Source: Spirochaetota bacterium (GTDB lineage: Bacteria > Spirochaetota > UBA4802 > UBA5550). Taken from it: a stretch of DNA of 64,000 nucleotides. The stretch spans positions 24,694-88,693 of the forward strand of contig DAONFG010000007.1 in the NCBI GenBank assembly GCA_035403465.1. Direction: 5' to 3'. The notes beneath the pieces are model-generated. The model did no database searches, was not told the DNA's origin, and worked only from the letters and a program-made list of their open reading frames with translations. The position numbers were made by a program, and so were the translations under genes. This document shows, in pieces, positions 7,235-17,937 of the stretch (its first letter is position 1; every line of letters begins with the position of its first letter).

Positions 7235-10200
7235 CTAAAACTCTCCATCAATCACCCGCCTTACTATTTCCAGGAGGGAATTCAGGGTATAAGGTTTCGG
7301 AAGAAAATTATAGTGCTTCTCCTGTATAAGCCTGAACTGGAACTTCTGTTCGGCATAACCGCTGCTGAGAATTATTTTTAATCCGGGCTTGCTCTCCAGA
7401 AGGCTGTCTGCAAGGTGAATACCCCTGCCGTCAGGAAGTACAATATCGCTGAGCAGCAGGTCAAACCTTCCGCTCTCCTTTTCAAAAAGCTGCATGGCAC
7501 TCTTTATGTCCTGCGCCTGGAATACATTATAGCCGAAACCTGTAAGCGCATTCTTAACAAATTTACGGACATCCTCCTGGTCCTCTACAAGCAGGATCCT
7601 CTCGCCCGACCCGCGCTGCAGAACCGGATTCTCCGGCTGCCTGGACATGGTCCTGGCATCGTTAGCTGCTGAATTTGTTCCGGGCAGGTATATTCTGAAA
7701 CAGGAGCCGCGGCCGGTTTCACTTTCCACGTGAACCCATCCCTCATGCTGCCTGACTATGCCGTAAACAACTGCAAGACCCAGGCCGGTCCCCTTGTTCG
7801 ACTCCTTGGTTGTAAAAAACGGTTCAAAAATATTTTTCTGGAGTTCTGCGCTCATCCCGCACCCGGTATCTTCAATCCTCAGCTGAACAAACCTCCCCGG
7901 TTTAGCTTCAGCTCCGGTAGATATATTTTTTTCAACGGTGCTGCTGCATGTTGCTATTTTCAGTCTTCCGCCGTCAGGCATTGCATCGCGGGCATTAACA
8001 ACAAGGTTAAGAATTATCTGCTCTACCTGGCTTTTATCAGCTCTGATTACCAGATCATCCGGATCAAGCTCAACCAGGAGCTCAATGTCCTCGCCGATAA
8101 GACGCTTCAGGATTTTTTCCATATCGAGAATAATACTGTTGAGATCAAGCGCTGTGGTTTCAATTATCTGTTTTCTGCTGAAGGCCAGCAGCTGCCTTGT
8201 GAGTGATGCGGATTTCTCTGCCGCGTCTGCAATCTCCCGAACTATTGAATATTTAGGATCATCCCTGTCTATGCCCAGCAGCAGAAGGTCTGTGTTACCG
8301 AATATTGATGTAAGCATGTTGTTAAAATCGTGGGCGATCCCTCCGGCGAGCGTTCCTATGGCCTCCATCTTCTGCGAGTGGAGCAGCTGCGCCTGTATCT
8401 TATCCTTCTCTTTCTCGGCTATTTTCTTATCTGTGATATTAGTAATAACCGCGAAACTGGCCATAAAGCTGCCCTCTGAATCAAAAACAGATTTTGGAGA
8501 AACAATAGTCGAAATTTTCCCTGCATCCCTTGTCAGCCATTCCAGTTCGTAAATGCTGTTTTCTCCGATCATACGTTTTGAGTATACTTTTTCAAAATGT
8601 TTCCTGTTCTCATTGTCCAGGAGATCGATAAGGCGTTTACCCAGCAGTTCACTTTCATCGTACCCGAGCATCCTGCACAGTGACTTGTTCAGGTATGTAA
8701 AAAATCCTTCTCTATCTACAACGCAGAGACCGTCATTCATTGTTTCAACAAGAATACGGTATCGTTCCTCGCTTTCACGCAGCGTGTTTTCCGCATCCTT
8801 GAGGTTTGTTATATCGGTTATGATAGTAGCAAAGAAAATCGGGGTGCCGTTTTTTTCCCTGAGAAGAAATATACTCTGTATTGCTATAAATTTTTCACCA
8901 TGGTTGTTGGAGAAACGGACCTCCTCTACCCACTGTCCCGATTTAAGCACCTCGGGTACTATTTCGCTGATAAGTCTTGACCGTTCAGACTCGGGATAAT
9001 AATCGACAGCCTTTCTCCCGGGAGCATCCTGATCAACCCCTGCATCTATCATCCTGCCCATGGCTGTATTCATATAGGTAACATTACCCTTCATATCTGC
9101 AATTGCCATGCCCTGTACCGAAGAGTCCGCCATCTGCCTGAAGATCGAGAGCATACTGCTCTCCGCTGCCAGCTTGCTGTTAATCAGGTCTAACTCGGTA
9201 TATGCACTGTGGAGCTCCTCATTCATTGATTCCATCTCTTCGAACTGGCTCTGCATCTCTTCATACTGCTGCTGTATTTCACTCTCGGCAGACAGGGTCC
9301 GTTCAAAGAGAATGGCGTTATCAAGAGAGATAGCAGCCTGGGCTGAGAGCAGTTTGACCAGTTCCATACGTTCAGTGCTGAAAACGTCTGTTGCAAGGCT
9401 GTTTTCAAGATAAATAATACCCTTCAGTTTCTGCTGATTTACAAGGGGCTGGCATAAAACAGATTTTACACCACAGCTCCGGAAGTATTCATCCATGCTG
9501 AAAGTTTTATCGGATACAGCGTTGGCGAGCACTACGGATTCACCGGTCCTGGCTGTGAAATTTATTACAGAATGGGGGAGTCCGCTGTATTCTGAAAGTA
9601 TGACAGGTTTTTTAATCACTGCCATCGAGCTATCTGCGAGGCCTTCAGCTGCTGCATAAATTTCATCGTTGCGGCTGACAAGGAGCACGCCGCGGGAAGC
9701 CCCGGCATTCTTGATTATCAGTTTCATCACATGATCTATAAAACTGTCGAGGACAATCTCACCCGAAATTGACTTGAGGGCTTCAACAACAGTATAAAAA
9801 TCGAGTGCCGGGTTGGACACAGCCGTTGGTTCATGGAATGTATCCGTAATGCCGTCTTTATTCTCAGTATTTTTACCGGTAATCCCGCTGCGGGATAAAA
9901 GCCCGGGATACATTTGCTCCATATCGTCTGCCTTGGAAAGTGCACCCCACTTTAGGAACAGGTCGCGTGCTTCAGCTGCATAGGCTGAAGCTGTTCTTCC
10001 ATACCCCAGTGATAAATAAAACCTTGCTGCGGATTCACTTGCCACAGCCGATTCCTGAATATAGCCGTTTTCAAGAGCTCTGTCCGCAGCACGGTCATAC
10101 AGCCGCATTGCTTCACTGTGAGCGCCTGTAACGCGGAACAGTTCGGCCTGAACAAGATCGATTTTATGACTGTGATTCATTGGTGCATGGGCTGCCCACC

Positions 10201-13200
10201 TGCGCAGCTGCTTCATATTAGACCTGGCACTCTTCATCAGCTTCTTTTTTACAGCCGGAGACGCAGAATCATATAACGCAAGCCGGGCAAGTGAATCATA
10301 AAAACATAAAACAGGTATAAAGCCTAGTCCCATCAATGCATCAATGTTGGACCCGGCTTTTTCTGCAAATGTTACGGATTCCCCGTACCTGCCGAACAGG
10401 AAGGCGTTTATCGTTTTCATGATAAACAGGATTGCGATTGCCGACTTGTCACCGGCCTGTTCATGCACCAGCAGCATTTTACTCTCGCTGTAGGCTTCTC
10501 CTTCAAGCTGAACAGGATCGGCTGATTTTTCCCTGAGGTTTATCAGGGCCTGCCTTTCAATCCTCAGGTAGTTCAGGTTGGTCTCCTGCCTGAATCTCTT
10601 AATTATATTGTCATAAGACAGCATTTCGGTAATGACTTCACCCAAATTGTAACCGCAGAGGTATTTATGAACACAGTAAAGATGTGCCGATGAAGTTGCG
10701 TCTTCAATGTCCCCCATCTCCATTCCCAGGGTGTAGGCATGCTGAATATGTTCAATGGTATCCCGCAGGTGATTCTTCCAGTGCCATATCATACAGTAAA
10801 TCAGGTGTATGGTCCGGGGTTTATATTTTTCACCTTCAGGACGATCCGAAAGTTTAAGGGCAAGGGTGCCATATTTGAATCCCGCATCGATATCCCCGAG
10901 AGCAGCACATAGTATCATTCCGTATGCGGCGAAACTGTATGCGGTCTCCGGCGCATTCCCGTATTTTACGGATAGTTCAACGGTGCTGAAAACAATCAGC
11001 GGAACAAGCCTGGGCCGTGTCTTGTATGCATTAATCCCCATGGTGTTGGATATTTTCATCACCGCCCTTGTTTCAGGGATTGTCATTTCCTTCATTAAAA
11101 GGAGTTCGCTATATATTTTTCTCTTCAGAAGCATCCTGGTCTTTACAAGGCCTTTGATAACATGCAATTTTGACGGATTCTCAGGGAGCGGATTCTTGAG
11201 CTGGCGCAAAACACTGAGACCCTCTTCAATTCCCCTTTGCATCCTGTTCAGGGCATAGTGAGCCTGGATCACAAGTTCGTATACAGGAATTTTATCCATG
11301 AAAAGTATTATCTTTGCCAGAGCAGTTTCGGTCATCTTTTTCATGAATGCAAAATCGCCGGAGAGGAATGACGCTTCTGCCGCAGTAGTATAAAGCAGCA
11401 GCGCAAAATCGTAATCCTCTTCCCAGCAGTCAGAAACAGTAACACTAACAGCTGTTTTAACATATACAAGTGCAGATTCGTATGCAGCGCGGGAGAGAGC
11501 TTTTTTTGACGCGGAGATGTTCAGCGCGGCTATAGACCGTCTCTCGCTTTCTGATGTAACAGCTGAAAGTCCGGCCTGGAAGTGATTCACTATAACGTCG
11601 GTCAGATCGTCGGCTTTATCATGCGATGCGTTTTTCAGTATCACCTTGCCCGCTTTTAAATGTATCGCTGACTTTTCATCATCCGGGATTGCCGAATAAA
11701 AAGCCTCGCGGATTCTGTCATGGGCAAAGTAATAACCGTTTTCATGAAATACTATTATACCCTGGTCAACACCATGCCTGACTGCACTGAAAACTTCATC
11801 AACATGAACGCTCCCGACTTCACCGGCCGTATCTATATCAAAAATCAAACCCAGGCATGAACATATCCCCAGTATTTTTTTTACTGCATCCGGCAGCTGT
11901 GCAATCCTTTCCGCGAAGAGGCCTATCACGGTATCGGGAATCCTGGCCTCATTTATTTTACCGGGATCAAAATGCCACCCGGTATTCACCTTGAAATAAA
12001 GCGCGCCGGATTCATGCAGCGATTTAATTATTTGTGTGATATATAAAGGGTTGCCGCAGGTCTTTTTATGAACAAGGCCAGAGGCCAGTGCTGCATCATT
12101 TTCATCCAGCAATACAATGCGTTTAATATATGTTTTTGTATTTTCATAGGTCAGTGGTCCAATCCCTATTTCTATTACAGGAACACCTTTCTGCTTAAGC
12201 AAGCCGGGAAGTTCATGCGTACATAATATGCCGTCCTTCACATCCGCGCGGTATGATAATATGATCATTAACCGGCTTATATCTCTATTTATAATAATGT
12301 TTTTCAGTAAGGTTGATGATGCTGAATCCATCCACTGTATGTCATCAATAGCGAGCACAAGACCATTGTCTAATGAAGCCAGTGCCCTGATGAGTTTCAT
12401 GAATGTATAGACCAGCCTGTTCTGTGATGCTTCAGCTGACAGCTCGGGAACTGCAGACTGTCTGCCTGTCAGCAGTTCAAGTGGGGGGAGGATATCTGTA
12501 ATCAGCTTTCCGTTTTCTCCAAGGGCGTTTGTGAGGGTCTCCTTCCAGAGATTTATCCTGTCACTGCTTTCGGAAAGAATCTGTTTAATCATCCCGCTAA
12601 GGGCTTCTGCCAGTGCACTGTACGGCGTATTATGCTGATTCTCCTGATGCCTGCCCGCCAGAAAATATGTCCTGTTCACAGCCGCAATTTTTCTGACTTC
12701 ATCTATCAGTGCTGATTTCCCGCAGCCGGCACCTCCGTATATGAAAACAACTTCAATACTTTTATCATCTCGGCCGGATGAGAATGTCCTGTTAAAAACT
12801 CCTGTTAACAGCTCTGTCTCTTTATCCCTGCCCACGAGCAATCCCGGGATTATTATTTCCGGGGATAGGTCATGAAGACCGATATTGAAGTCATCGATTT
12901 GACCTGTTGATGTGAGCTGGTTAGCGCACCTGACAAGATCAGAAAGAAGGCCGCCTGCATTCCTGTACCTATCCTCAGGAGATTTTTCCAGGAGCCGCAT
13001 TACAATCCGTGACAGGACAGGGGCAATTCTGCTGTCAAGCTCTCCGGGAAGTAACGGCATGCGCGCTATATGGCTATGGATAAGCTCCATGGGGTCCGCT
13101 GACGCAAACGGTTTACTACCGATCAGGAGTTCATAAAGGATAATACCCAGCGAGTACAGATCGCTTCTGTAATCCGGGGTTCGGTTTATCCTGCCTGTCT

Positions 13201-13744
13201 GTTCAGGGGAAATATACGGCAGTGAGTTTTTGATTATATCTTCGTTGAACAGCTGCTCATTTTTTCTTGTAATTATCAGGGACGAACCGAAATCAATAAT
13301 CTTCAGCGAATCACCTTCATACGCAATGTTGTCAGGTCTCAGGTCAAGACAGGTAATGTTGTTCCTGTGCAGGTCTGCCAGTATACCTGTCAGGGAAATT
13401 GCTATCCTGAAAAAATCTTCCAGTCCGGATTTTCCTCCAAGCATGTAATCTGACAGAAAAAACGGTTCATAGAATTCATAAACTACCGCAGGTCTGCCCT
13501 GGTATAAACCGGTCTCCAGTATTCGCGGCAGACCGTTTATCTCAAGATTCATCAGTTTTTCGTATTCCTGCCTGAAGAGAGTTATTTCTGAAGGCCTCAA
13601 TTTTCCTGTTTTAAAAACTCTCACTACACGGGGAAGTCCGGCCGCATCAACCGCATACAGGGTCGTATAATAAAATGTGTCTCTGATTATCTCACGGATT
13701 GTATACTCATCACTGATCTGGAATAATCCGTTGTTATTATTCAT
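7235..13744 (-). CDS. Giant multidomain sensor: Ser/Thr kinase-like domain, AAA/P-loop NTPase, TPR-like helical region, GAF, coiled coil, 2x PAS, HisKA, HATPase_c, receiver
   Basis: 2169-aa uninterrupted ORF. Kinase-like motifs [15 protein letters not shown] and DLYSLG in aa 1-265. P-loop GGAGCGKS at aa 337-344 (nt ~12713-12736). Histidine kinase motifs AHDFNNMLT and [12 protein letters not shown]. The C-terminal receiver (nt ~7238-7597) has the LLLSDIVLP phospho-acceptor context. Confidence 0.9.
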   Translation of the reverse strand: MNNNNGLFQISDEYTIREIIRDTFYYTTLYAVDAAGLPRVVRVFKTGKLRPSEITLFRQEYEKLMNLEINGLPRILETGLYQGRPAVVYEFYEPFFLSDYMLGGKSGLEDFFRIAISLTGILADLHRNNITCLDLRPDNIAYEGDSLKIIDFGSSLIITRKNEQLFNEDIIKNSLPYISPEQTGRINRTPDYRSDLYSLGIILYELLIGSKPFASADPMELIHSHIARMPLLPGELDSRIAPVLSRIVMRLLEKSPEDRYRNAGGLLSDLVRCANQLTSTGQIDDFNIGLHDLSPEIIIPGLLVGRDKETELLTGVFNRTFSSGRDDKSIEVVFIYGGAGCGKSALIDEVRKIAAVNRTYFLAGRHQENQHNTPYSALAEALSGMIKQILSESSDRINLWKETLTNALGENGKLITDILPPLELLTGRQSAVPELSAEASQNRLVYTFMKLIRALASLDNGLVLAIDDIQWMDSASSTLLKNIIINRDISRLMIILSYRADVKDGILCTHELPGLLKQKGVPVIEIGIGPLTYENTKTYIKRIVLLDENDAALASGLVHKKTCGNPLYITQIIKSLHESGALYFKVNTGWHFDPGKINEARIPDTVIGLFAERIAQLPDAVKKILGICSCLGLIFDIDTAGEVGSVHVDEVFSAVRHGVDQGIIVFHENGYYFAHDRIREAFYSAIPDDEKSAIHLKAGKVILKNASHDKADDLTDVIVNHFQAGLSAVTSESERRSIAALNISASKKALSRAAYESALVYVKTAVSVTVSDCWEEDYDFALLLYTTAAEASFLSGDFAFMKKMTETALAKIILFMDKIPVYELVIQAHYALNRMQRGIEEGLSVLRQLKNPLPENPSKLHVIKGLVKTRMLLKRKIYSELLLMKEMTIPETRAVMKISNTMGINAYKTRPRLVPLIVFSTVELSVKYGNAPETAYSFAAYGMILCAALGDIDAGFKYGTLALKLSDRPEGEKYKPRTIHLIYCMIWHWKNHLRDTIEHIQHAYTLGMEMGDIEDATSSAHLYCVHKYLCGYNLGEVITEMLSYDNIIKRFRQETNLNYLRIERQALINLREKSADPVQLEGEAYSESKMLLVHEQAGDKSAIAILFIMKTINAFLFGRYGESVTFAEKAGSNIDALMGLGFIPVLCFYDSLARLALYDSASPAVKKKLMKSARSNMKQLRRWAAHAPMNHSHKIDLVQAELFRVTGAHSEAMRLYDRAADRALENGYIQESAVASESAARFYLSLGYGRTASAYAAEARDLFLKWGALSKADDMEQMYPGLLSRSGITGKNTENKDGITDTFHEPTAVSNPALDFYTVVEALKSISGEIVLDSFIDHVMKLIIKNAGASRGVLLVSRNDEIYAAAEGLADSSMAVIKKPVILSEYSGLPHSVINFTARTGESVVLANAVSDKTFSMDEYFRSCGVKSVLCQPLVNQQKLKGIIYLENSLATDVFSTERMELVKLLSAQAAISLDNAILFERTLSAESEIQQQYEEMQSQFEEMESMNEELHSAYTELDLINSKLAAESSMLSIFRQMADSSVQGMAIADMKGNVTYMNTAMGRMIDAGVDQDAPGRKAVDYYPESERSRLISEIVPEVLKSGQWVEEVRFSNNHGEKFIAIQSIFLLREKNGTPIFFATIITDITNLKDAENTLRESEERYRILVETMNDGLCVVDREGFFTYLNKSLCRMLGYDESELLGKRLIDLLDNENRKHFEKVYSKRMIGENSIYELEWLTRDAGKISTIVSPKSVFDSEGSFMASFAVITNITDKKIAEKEKDKIQAQLLHSQKMEAIGTLAGGIAHDFNNMLTSIFGNTDLLLLGIDRDDPKYSIVREIADAAEKSASLTRQLLAFSRKQIIETTALDLNSIILDMEKILKRLIGEDIELLVELDPDDLVIRADKSQVEQIILNLVVNARDAMPDGGRLKIATCSSTVEKNISTGAEAKPGRFVQLRIEDTGCGMSAELQKNIFEPFFTTKESNKGTGLGLAVVYGIVRQHEGWVHVESETGRGSCFRIYLPGTNSAANDARTMSRQPENPVLQRGSGERILLVEDQEDVRKFVKNALTGFGYNVFQAQDIKSAMQLFEKESGRFDLLLSDIVLPDGRGIHLADSLLESKPGLKIILSSGYAEQKFQFRLIQEKHYNFLPKPYTLNSLLEIVRRVIDGEF

Positions 13745-14738
13745 ATGCTTTTCTGTTACGGCCCGTCAATAGAGCGTGGCATGGATTAATAAAATCGAAA
13801 CTGGTTTCTGTACCGATACCCGGCAGTTTCTGACGGAGTTCGCAGTTGGAGGTCCGGGCACCCGTGATATGATTCCGGGGATATTTAATTTCCCGTGCAA
13901 AAGTTTTTAAACCGTACCCATTCATGACTTACCTGAATTTTATATATATTTTCCTGCGGTGATGCAGCACCAGGTTTCTTTATGAAAAATCACCGCTTAT
14001 GTCACCTGTCAATATAATTTTTATATCTAAAACTCAAAATTAAACAGTTACAGAAAACGTATGTTTATAACTGCCGGACAGGGGTGCGACATAGAGAACC
14101 AGGTGTACCGTCATCAGGCATGTCAGGGTTGATGTCAAAGCGCTGTTATGCGACAGACACAAGTGCCGCACCAGTTGTATTGTGCGAAGGTTTATCAACG
14201 CCAGGCTTGTTGCCCGGGGGTAGACCGGTGAAGTCCAGGACAAATCGGTGCATACAAATGCCCACGGCGATGAAGTGTGCGGTTGTAACACTTCGTGACC
14301 GCGATCAGAAATCCTGAATAAGCCGGTATCTTAAAGAACTCATTCATTGTAAGAATTCTAATTTATATAGCCAACAATAGTACTTTTTGTTCTAAAATTA
14401 TCAACTCATAATAAAACAAACTCTTAGATTTTGTTTATAAATTCTGTGTAGAATCAAGAAACAGGTGCATCTTTTCCAACTGAATGTAATTTTTTTAACA
14501 AAAAATCATATTTTTTGTTGCAATTCTTTTGAATTCCGACATAACAAAAAAACTGTATATTGTTGAAATTGACAGATTTTAATCTATATGTTATTTTTAT
14601 TCCATAAACAATCATACAACTTCCGGACCCCATGGTCTTCAAGTAGTAAGTCTTTGTCAGTGAAATACCTGAACGGGAAAAATCTATGTATCAGGTATTT
14701 ACCGACTTAAAAAATAAAAAACTTAATACGAGGTAAAC

Positions 14739-16928
14739 ATGTTTAAAGGAAAGACAGGCTTAGTTTACAACGACACAGCAAAAGCAGTAGATGACGTGCT
14801 CGATTATATCGGGAACGACATTATCTTCGGGATGACCCTTGCTCTGGGAAAACCGATTCTCTTTATTAATGAGCTTTATGCCCGCGCCAAGCAGGATCCA
14901 ACAATCAAGCTCAAAATTGTTACAGCCCTGGCGCTTGAAAGGCCGGGTATGAAGAGTGATCTTGAAAAAAGATTTCTCGGACCGCTTGTTGAAAGGGTTT
15001 TCGGCGGAACACCACAGTTTGAATATATGCTCGATTTCCGCGCAGGCAAAATGCCCAAGAATGTTGAGGTATATGAATTCTTCAATAAAGCCGGCGGATA
15101 CATGAACAGTCCGGAAGCACAGAGAAATCATCTTGCCTCAAATTATACACACGTTATACGTGATGCAATGGATTTTGGTGTAAATGTTTTCGGACAGCTT
15201 GTGGGCGGCCAGAAGATCAATGGTAAAATGATGTATTCCATGGGATGCAACACGGACATATGCGTTGAAGCCCTGCTGCGATTTCAGGAAAAACGGGCAA
15301 AAGGAGACAAGGTTGCCTGCATCGCAGAGGTTAATACGCAGATGCCTTTTATGTACGGCGACGCGGTCAGGGAAGGCAAAGATTACGATATCCTGCTCCA
15401 GGGTGAACAGTATAACTACCCGCTCTTTGGACCCCCGAAGGATGCGGTTATGCTTCGCGACCATATGATAGGTCTGCGCGTCAGCACACTCATTAAAGAC
15501 GGCGGCACACTCCAGGTGGGAATCGGCGCCCTTGGTGATGCCATAGCAGCAGGCTTAAGCATGAGGCAGAACCATAATGATGTATATAACAAGGTGCTTG
15601 ATGGAACCGGGCTCAGGGAAAAACATTCCGACCTTATAAATAAAATTGGCGGAACTGATAAATTCGACCAGGGACTTTACGGATCATCCGAGATGTTTGT
15701 AGACGCGTTTATGCAGCTCTACAAGTCCGGGGTACTGAAGCGTAAGGTGTATGACGACATCTCTATCATGAAACTTGTAAATGCAGGTAAAATCTCACAC
15801 GACAAAATACCTGCCGGTATTCTTGAACTCCTGTACAAAGAAAAAGGCATACATGAGACAATAACCGAAGAGGAGTTTTTAAAATACCAGAAATTCGGAA
15901 TTTTTAAAGAGACCCTCAAATATAAAGCAGGAAGTATTTACGACGGCAAAGTAAAATACTCTGCAGATATCCACTCAAAAAAGGGTAAACTTGATCCTAA
16001 AAAAGTTTTAGGCAGCAGACTGAAGCACGGCAAAGTAATTCTTGGCGCGTTCTTCATAGGGCCGCGCGCGTTCTACAATGCGCTTAACGAGATGAGCCAC
16101 GAGGAGAGGGAGCAGTTCGGCATGTCCGGCGTAGAAAAGGTTAACCAGCTGTATGGTGATGAGGTTCTCCGCTCGCTCCAGAGAAAGGATGGACGATTCG
16201 TCAATGCAGGTATGATCTGCAACGTATTCGGCGCAATCGCATCTGACCAGACCGAAGAAGGCCTTGTAGTAAGCGGTATAGGCGGGCAGTATAACTTTGT
16301 TGCAATGGCGCATGCGCTTCCTGACGCCAGGCTGGTCATGATGATACGCAGCACAAGATCTGAAAAAGGCGGTGTAGTAAAATCAAACATAGTTTATAAC
16401 TACGGTCATACATCAGTAACAAAACACATGCGGGACATCATTGTGACAGAATACGGCATTGCAGACGTCAGGGGCAAACCTGACTGGCAGGTTATTGATG
16501 CAATTATTAAAATTGCCGATTCAAGGTTCCAGGACGGACTCATCGAAAAGGCCAAGAAGAACGGTAAACTGCCCCAGGACTATGTTCTTCCTGCTGAATA
16601 CAGGCAGAATACTCCTTCAAAGATTGACGCAATGCTCAGGCCTTACCAGACTGACGGTCACTTTGTTGCATTCCCCTTCGGTACAGATCTTACTGCTGAG
16701 GAGATTGCACTGGGTGCATCACTGAAAACTATAGCAGCGAAGAAGAAATCAGAGGTTCTAAAACTGCTTGCCAAGGAATTGTTCAAACCTATTCCTCCTC
16801 ATGCGCAGCCTTTCCTTGCACGAATGGGTCTTGATAATCCGCAAAATCGCGATGAGAAGATCAAACGCAAAATTGTTCTGGCCGCGATGAGGGCAGCAAA
16901 CAGGCTTCACCCGGTGATGCCTGCGTAA
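14739..16928 (+). CDS. Acetyl-CoA hydrolase/CoA-transferase family protein (long form, 729 aa)
   Basis: N-terminal LALGKP... and C-terminal SGIGGQYNFVAMAHALPDARLVMMIRST...TEYGIADVRGK are typical of AcetylCoA_hydro/transferase N and C domains. RBS GAGG lies 6 nt before the ATG. A Lys-rich insertion of ~100 aa sits mid-protein. Confidence 0.75.
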   Translation: MFKGKTGLVYNDTAKAVDDVLDYIGNDIIFGMTLALGKPILFINELYARAKQDPTIKLKIVTALALERPGMKSDLEKRFLGPLVERVFGGTPQFEYMLDFRAGKMPKNVEVYEFFNKAGGYMNSPEAQRNHLASNYTHVIRDAMDFGVNVFGQLVGGQKINGKMMYSMGCNTDICVEALLRFQEKRAKGDKVACIAEVNTQMPFMYGDAVREGKDYDILLQGEQYNYPLFGPPKDAVMLRDHMIGLRVSTLIKDGGTLQVGIGALGDAIAAGLSMRQNHNDVYNKVLDGTGLREKHSDLINKIGGTDKFDQGLYGSSEMFVDAFMQLYKSGVLKRKVYDDISIMKLVNAGKISHDKIPAGILELLYKEKGIHETITEEEFLKYQKFGIFKETLKYKAGSIYDGKVKYSADIHSKKGKLDPKKVLGSRLKHGKVILGAFFIGPRAFYNALNEMSHEEREQFGMSGVEKVNQLYGDEVLRSLQRKDGRFVNAGMICNVFGAIASDQTEEGLVVSGIGGQYNFVAMAHALPDARLVMMIRSTRSEKGGVVKSNIVYNYGHTSVTKHMRDIIVTEYGIADVRGKPDWQVIDAIIKIADSRFQDGLIEKAKKNGKLPQDYVLPAEYRQNTPSKIDAMLRPYQTDGHFVAFPFGTDLTAEEIALGASLKTIAAKKKSEVLKLLAKELFKPIPPHAQPFLARMGLDNPQNRDEKIKRKIVLAAMRAANRLHPVMPA

Positions 16929-17018
16929 CTTTAAGCGTTTCATGTCTTTCCCCATAAATCTACGGTGGTCATCCATTACGGATGACTGCCGCTTTTTTAA
17001 AATTTCAGCATGACAGAA

Positions 17019-17062
17019 GACATAAACAAATAAGCCCCGGAAGGGGCTTATTTGTTTATGTC
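17019..17062. terminator. Bidirectional rho-independent terminator, perfect 20-bp stem
   Basis: gacataaacaaataagcccc-ggaa-ggggcttatttgtttatgtc, between the convergent genes 14739..16928 (+) and 17084..17713 (-). gtttt follows on the plus strand. Confidence 0.8.
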
Positions 17063-17083
17063 GTTTTAAAAAATATCTGTTTA

Positions 17084-17713
17084 CTAAAACGAGAATGACG
17101 CGCCGAAGTTTATCATACCAAGATATCCGACACCAAAATCAGCAAACACCTTAAACTCTTTACCCACTTTAATCCCAAGTAAAACCACATGGCCTGCCCA
17201 CGTATATTCCGAACTGTTATGTTCGTGTTGACCATCGGACTGCTGGAGATCAATCCCCACCCTTGACCCGCCTAACATTATACTGTGATAGAATTTCAAA
17301 TAGTCCCAGCCCCACTGCAGGTTAATTCTTCCCATAAGAGAGATGAATGACCAGTTCCAGTCAGCATACCCTCCATCGGAATATGTCCATCGCCGGGTAA
17401 AGGCATCGTAAACGAATAATCCGCCAACAGAAACATAATCTACCGGAAAATAATCAGCGCCCAAAAATATCGGACCGATTACATCTCTTGTTTCAATAGA
17501 CTTGCTTCCGCTAAATGACGTAGTAAATGCAAAAGCGAGCGTATCCAGGATTCCTGTTATAATCTGGGGACCAGATCCGACTCCATACCCTGCATAAATA
17601 TTATTATAATAGTAATCTTCCTCCTCCTCGTACTCATTAATGGCCAGAAGCGATGACGAGAAACTTAAAATAAACGACAATGAGATTATCAGGGTTAAAA
17701 AATATTTTTTCAT
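17084..17713 (-). CDS. Small outer-membrane beta-barrel protein (OmpW/opacity-porin-like)
   Basis: Signal peptide MKKYFLTLIISLSFILSFSSSLLA. Alternating aromatic/Gly beta-strand pattern and a C-terminal ...GASFSF with terminal Phe, typical of OM beta-barrels. Confidence 0.6.
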   Translation of the reverse strand: MKKYFLTLIISLSFILSFSSSLLAINEYEEEEDYYYNNIYAGYGVGSGPQIITGILDTLAFAFTTSFSGSKSIETRDVIGPIFLGADYFPVDYVSVGGLFVYDAFTRRWTYSDGGYADWNWSFISLMGRINLQWGWDYLKFYHSIMLGGSRVGIDLQQSDGQHEHNSSEYTWAGHVVLLGIKVGKEFKVFADFGVGYLGMINFGASFSF

Positions 17714-17885
17714 CTGTATCTCCTTTAAAAAATTTTCTATATCTGATGACTGTTTAATAGCAGTGTATTATCAAAATACTTTTCCCCCGGGAATAATCAA
17801 CTGTTTTTCATGCGGCCATTTATCATTCAATTCCCGGCATGGTAAATTAAATCAGCAGATGAAATTACTGCATATCGAAAACTGC

Positions 17886-17903
17886 TTGTCATGATCATGA
17901 CAA
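17886..17903. promoter_or_regulatory. Perfect 18-bp palindrome TTGTCATGATCATGACAA upstream of the radical SAM gene (candidate operator, CRP/FNR-like geometry TGTCA-N6-TGACA)
   Basis: Read directly: ttgtcatga|tcatgacaa is exactly self-complementary. Its centre is ~44 bp upstream of the ATG at 17938. Confidence 0.5.
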
Positions 17904-17937
17904 AGGATACTCCTGTTTCAGTCCCTATTATTTATGA

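Noticed and set aside
13737-13925. 62-aa minus-strand ORF overlapping the start of the giant sensor gene
   Set aside because: It overlaps the 5' end of the 2169-aa gene out of frame. It has no ribosome-binding site, and its composition is not protein-like.
14215-14250. Cobalamin or FMN riboswitch-like GGUGAAGUCC string
   Set aside because: The flanking helices required around GGUGxAAxUCC do not form. There is no B12 box or RFN core, and the downstream gene context does not fit.
14263-14302. Fluoride (crcB) riboswitch-like GGCGAUGAAGUGU
   Set aside because: There is no CGCC to close P1 after the loop, and no CUGAUG...CCUAC 3' element. The resemblance is limited to seven nucleotides.
14225-14330. 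RNase P RNA-like strings (GAAGUCCAGGAC resembling CR-I, CAGAAAUCCUGAAUAAGCC resembling CR-V)
   Set aside because: The two elements are only ~75 nt apart rather than ~290 nt. P4 complementarity fails after 4 bp, and no P10-P12/GGUAAG-type conserved regions are present.
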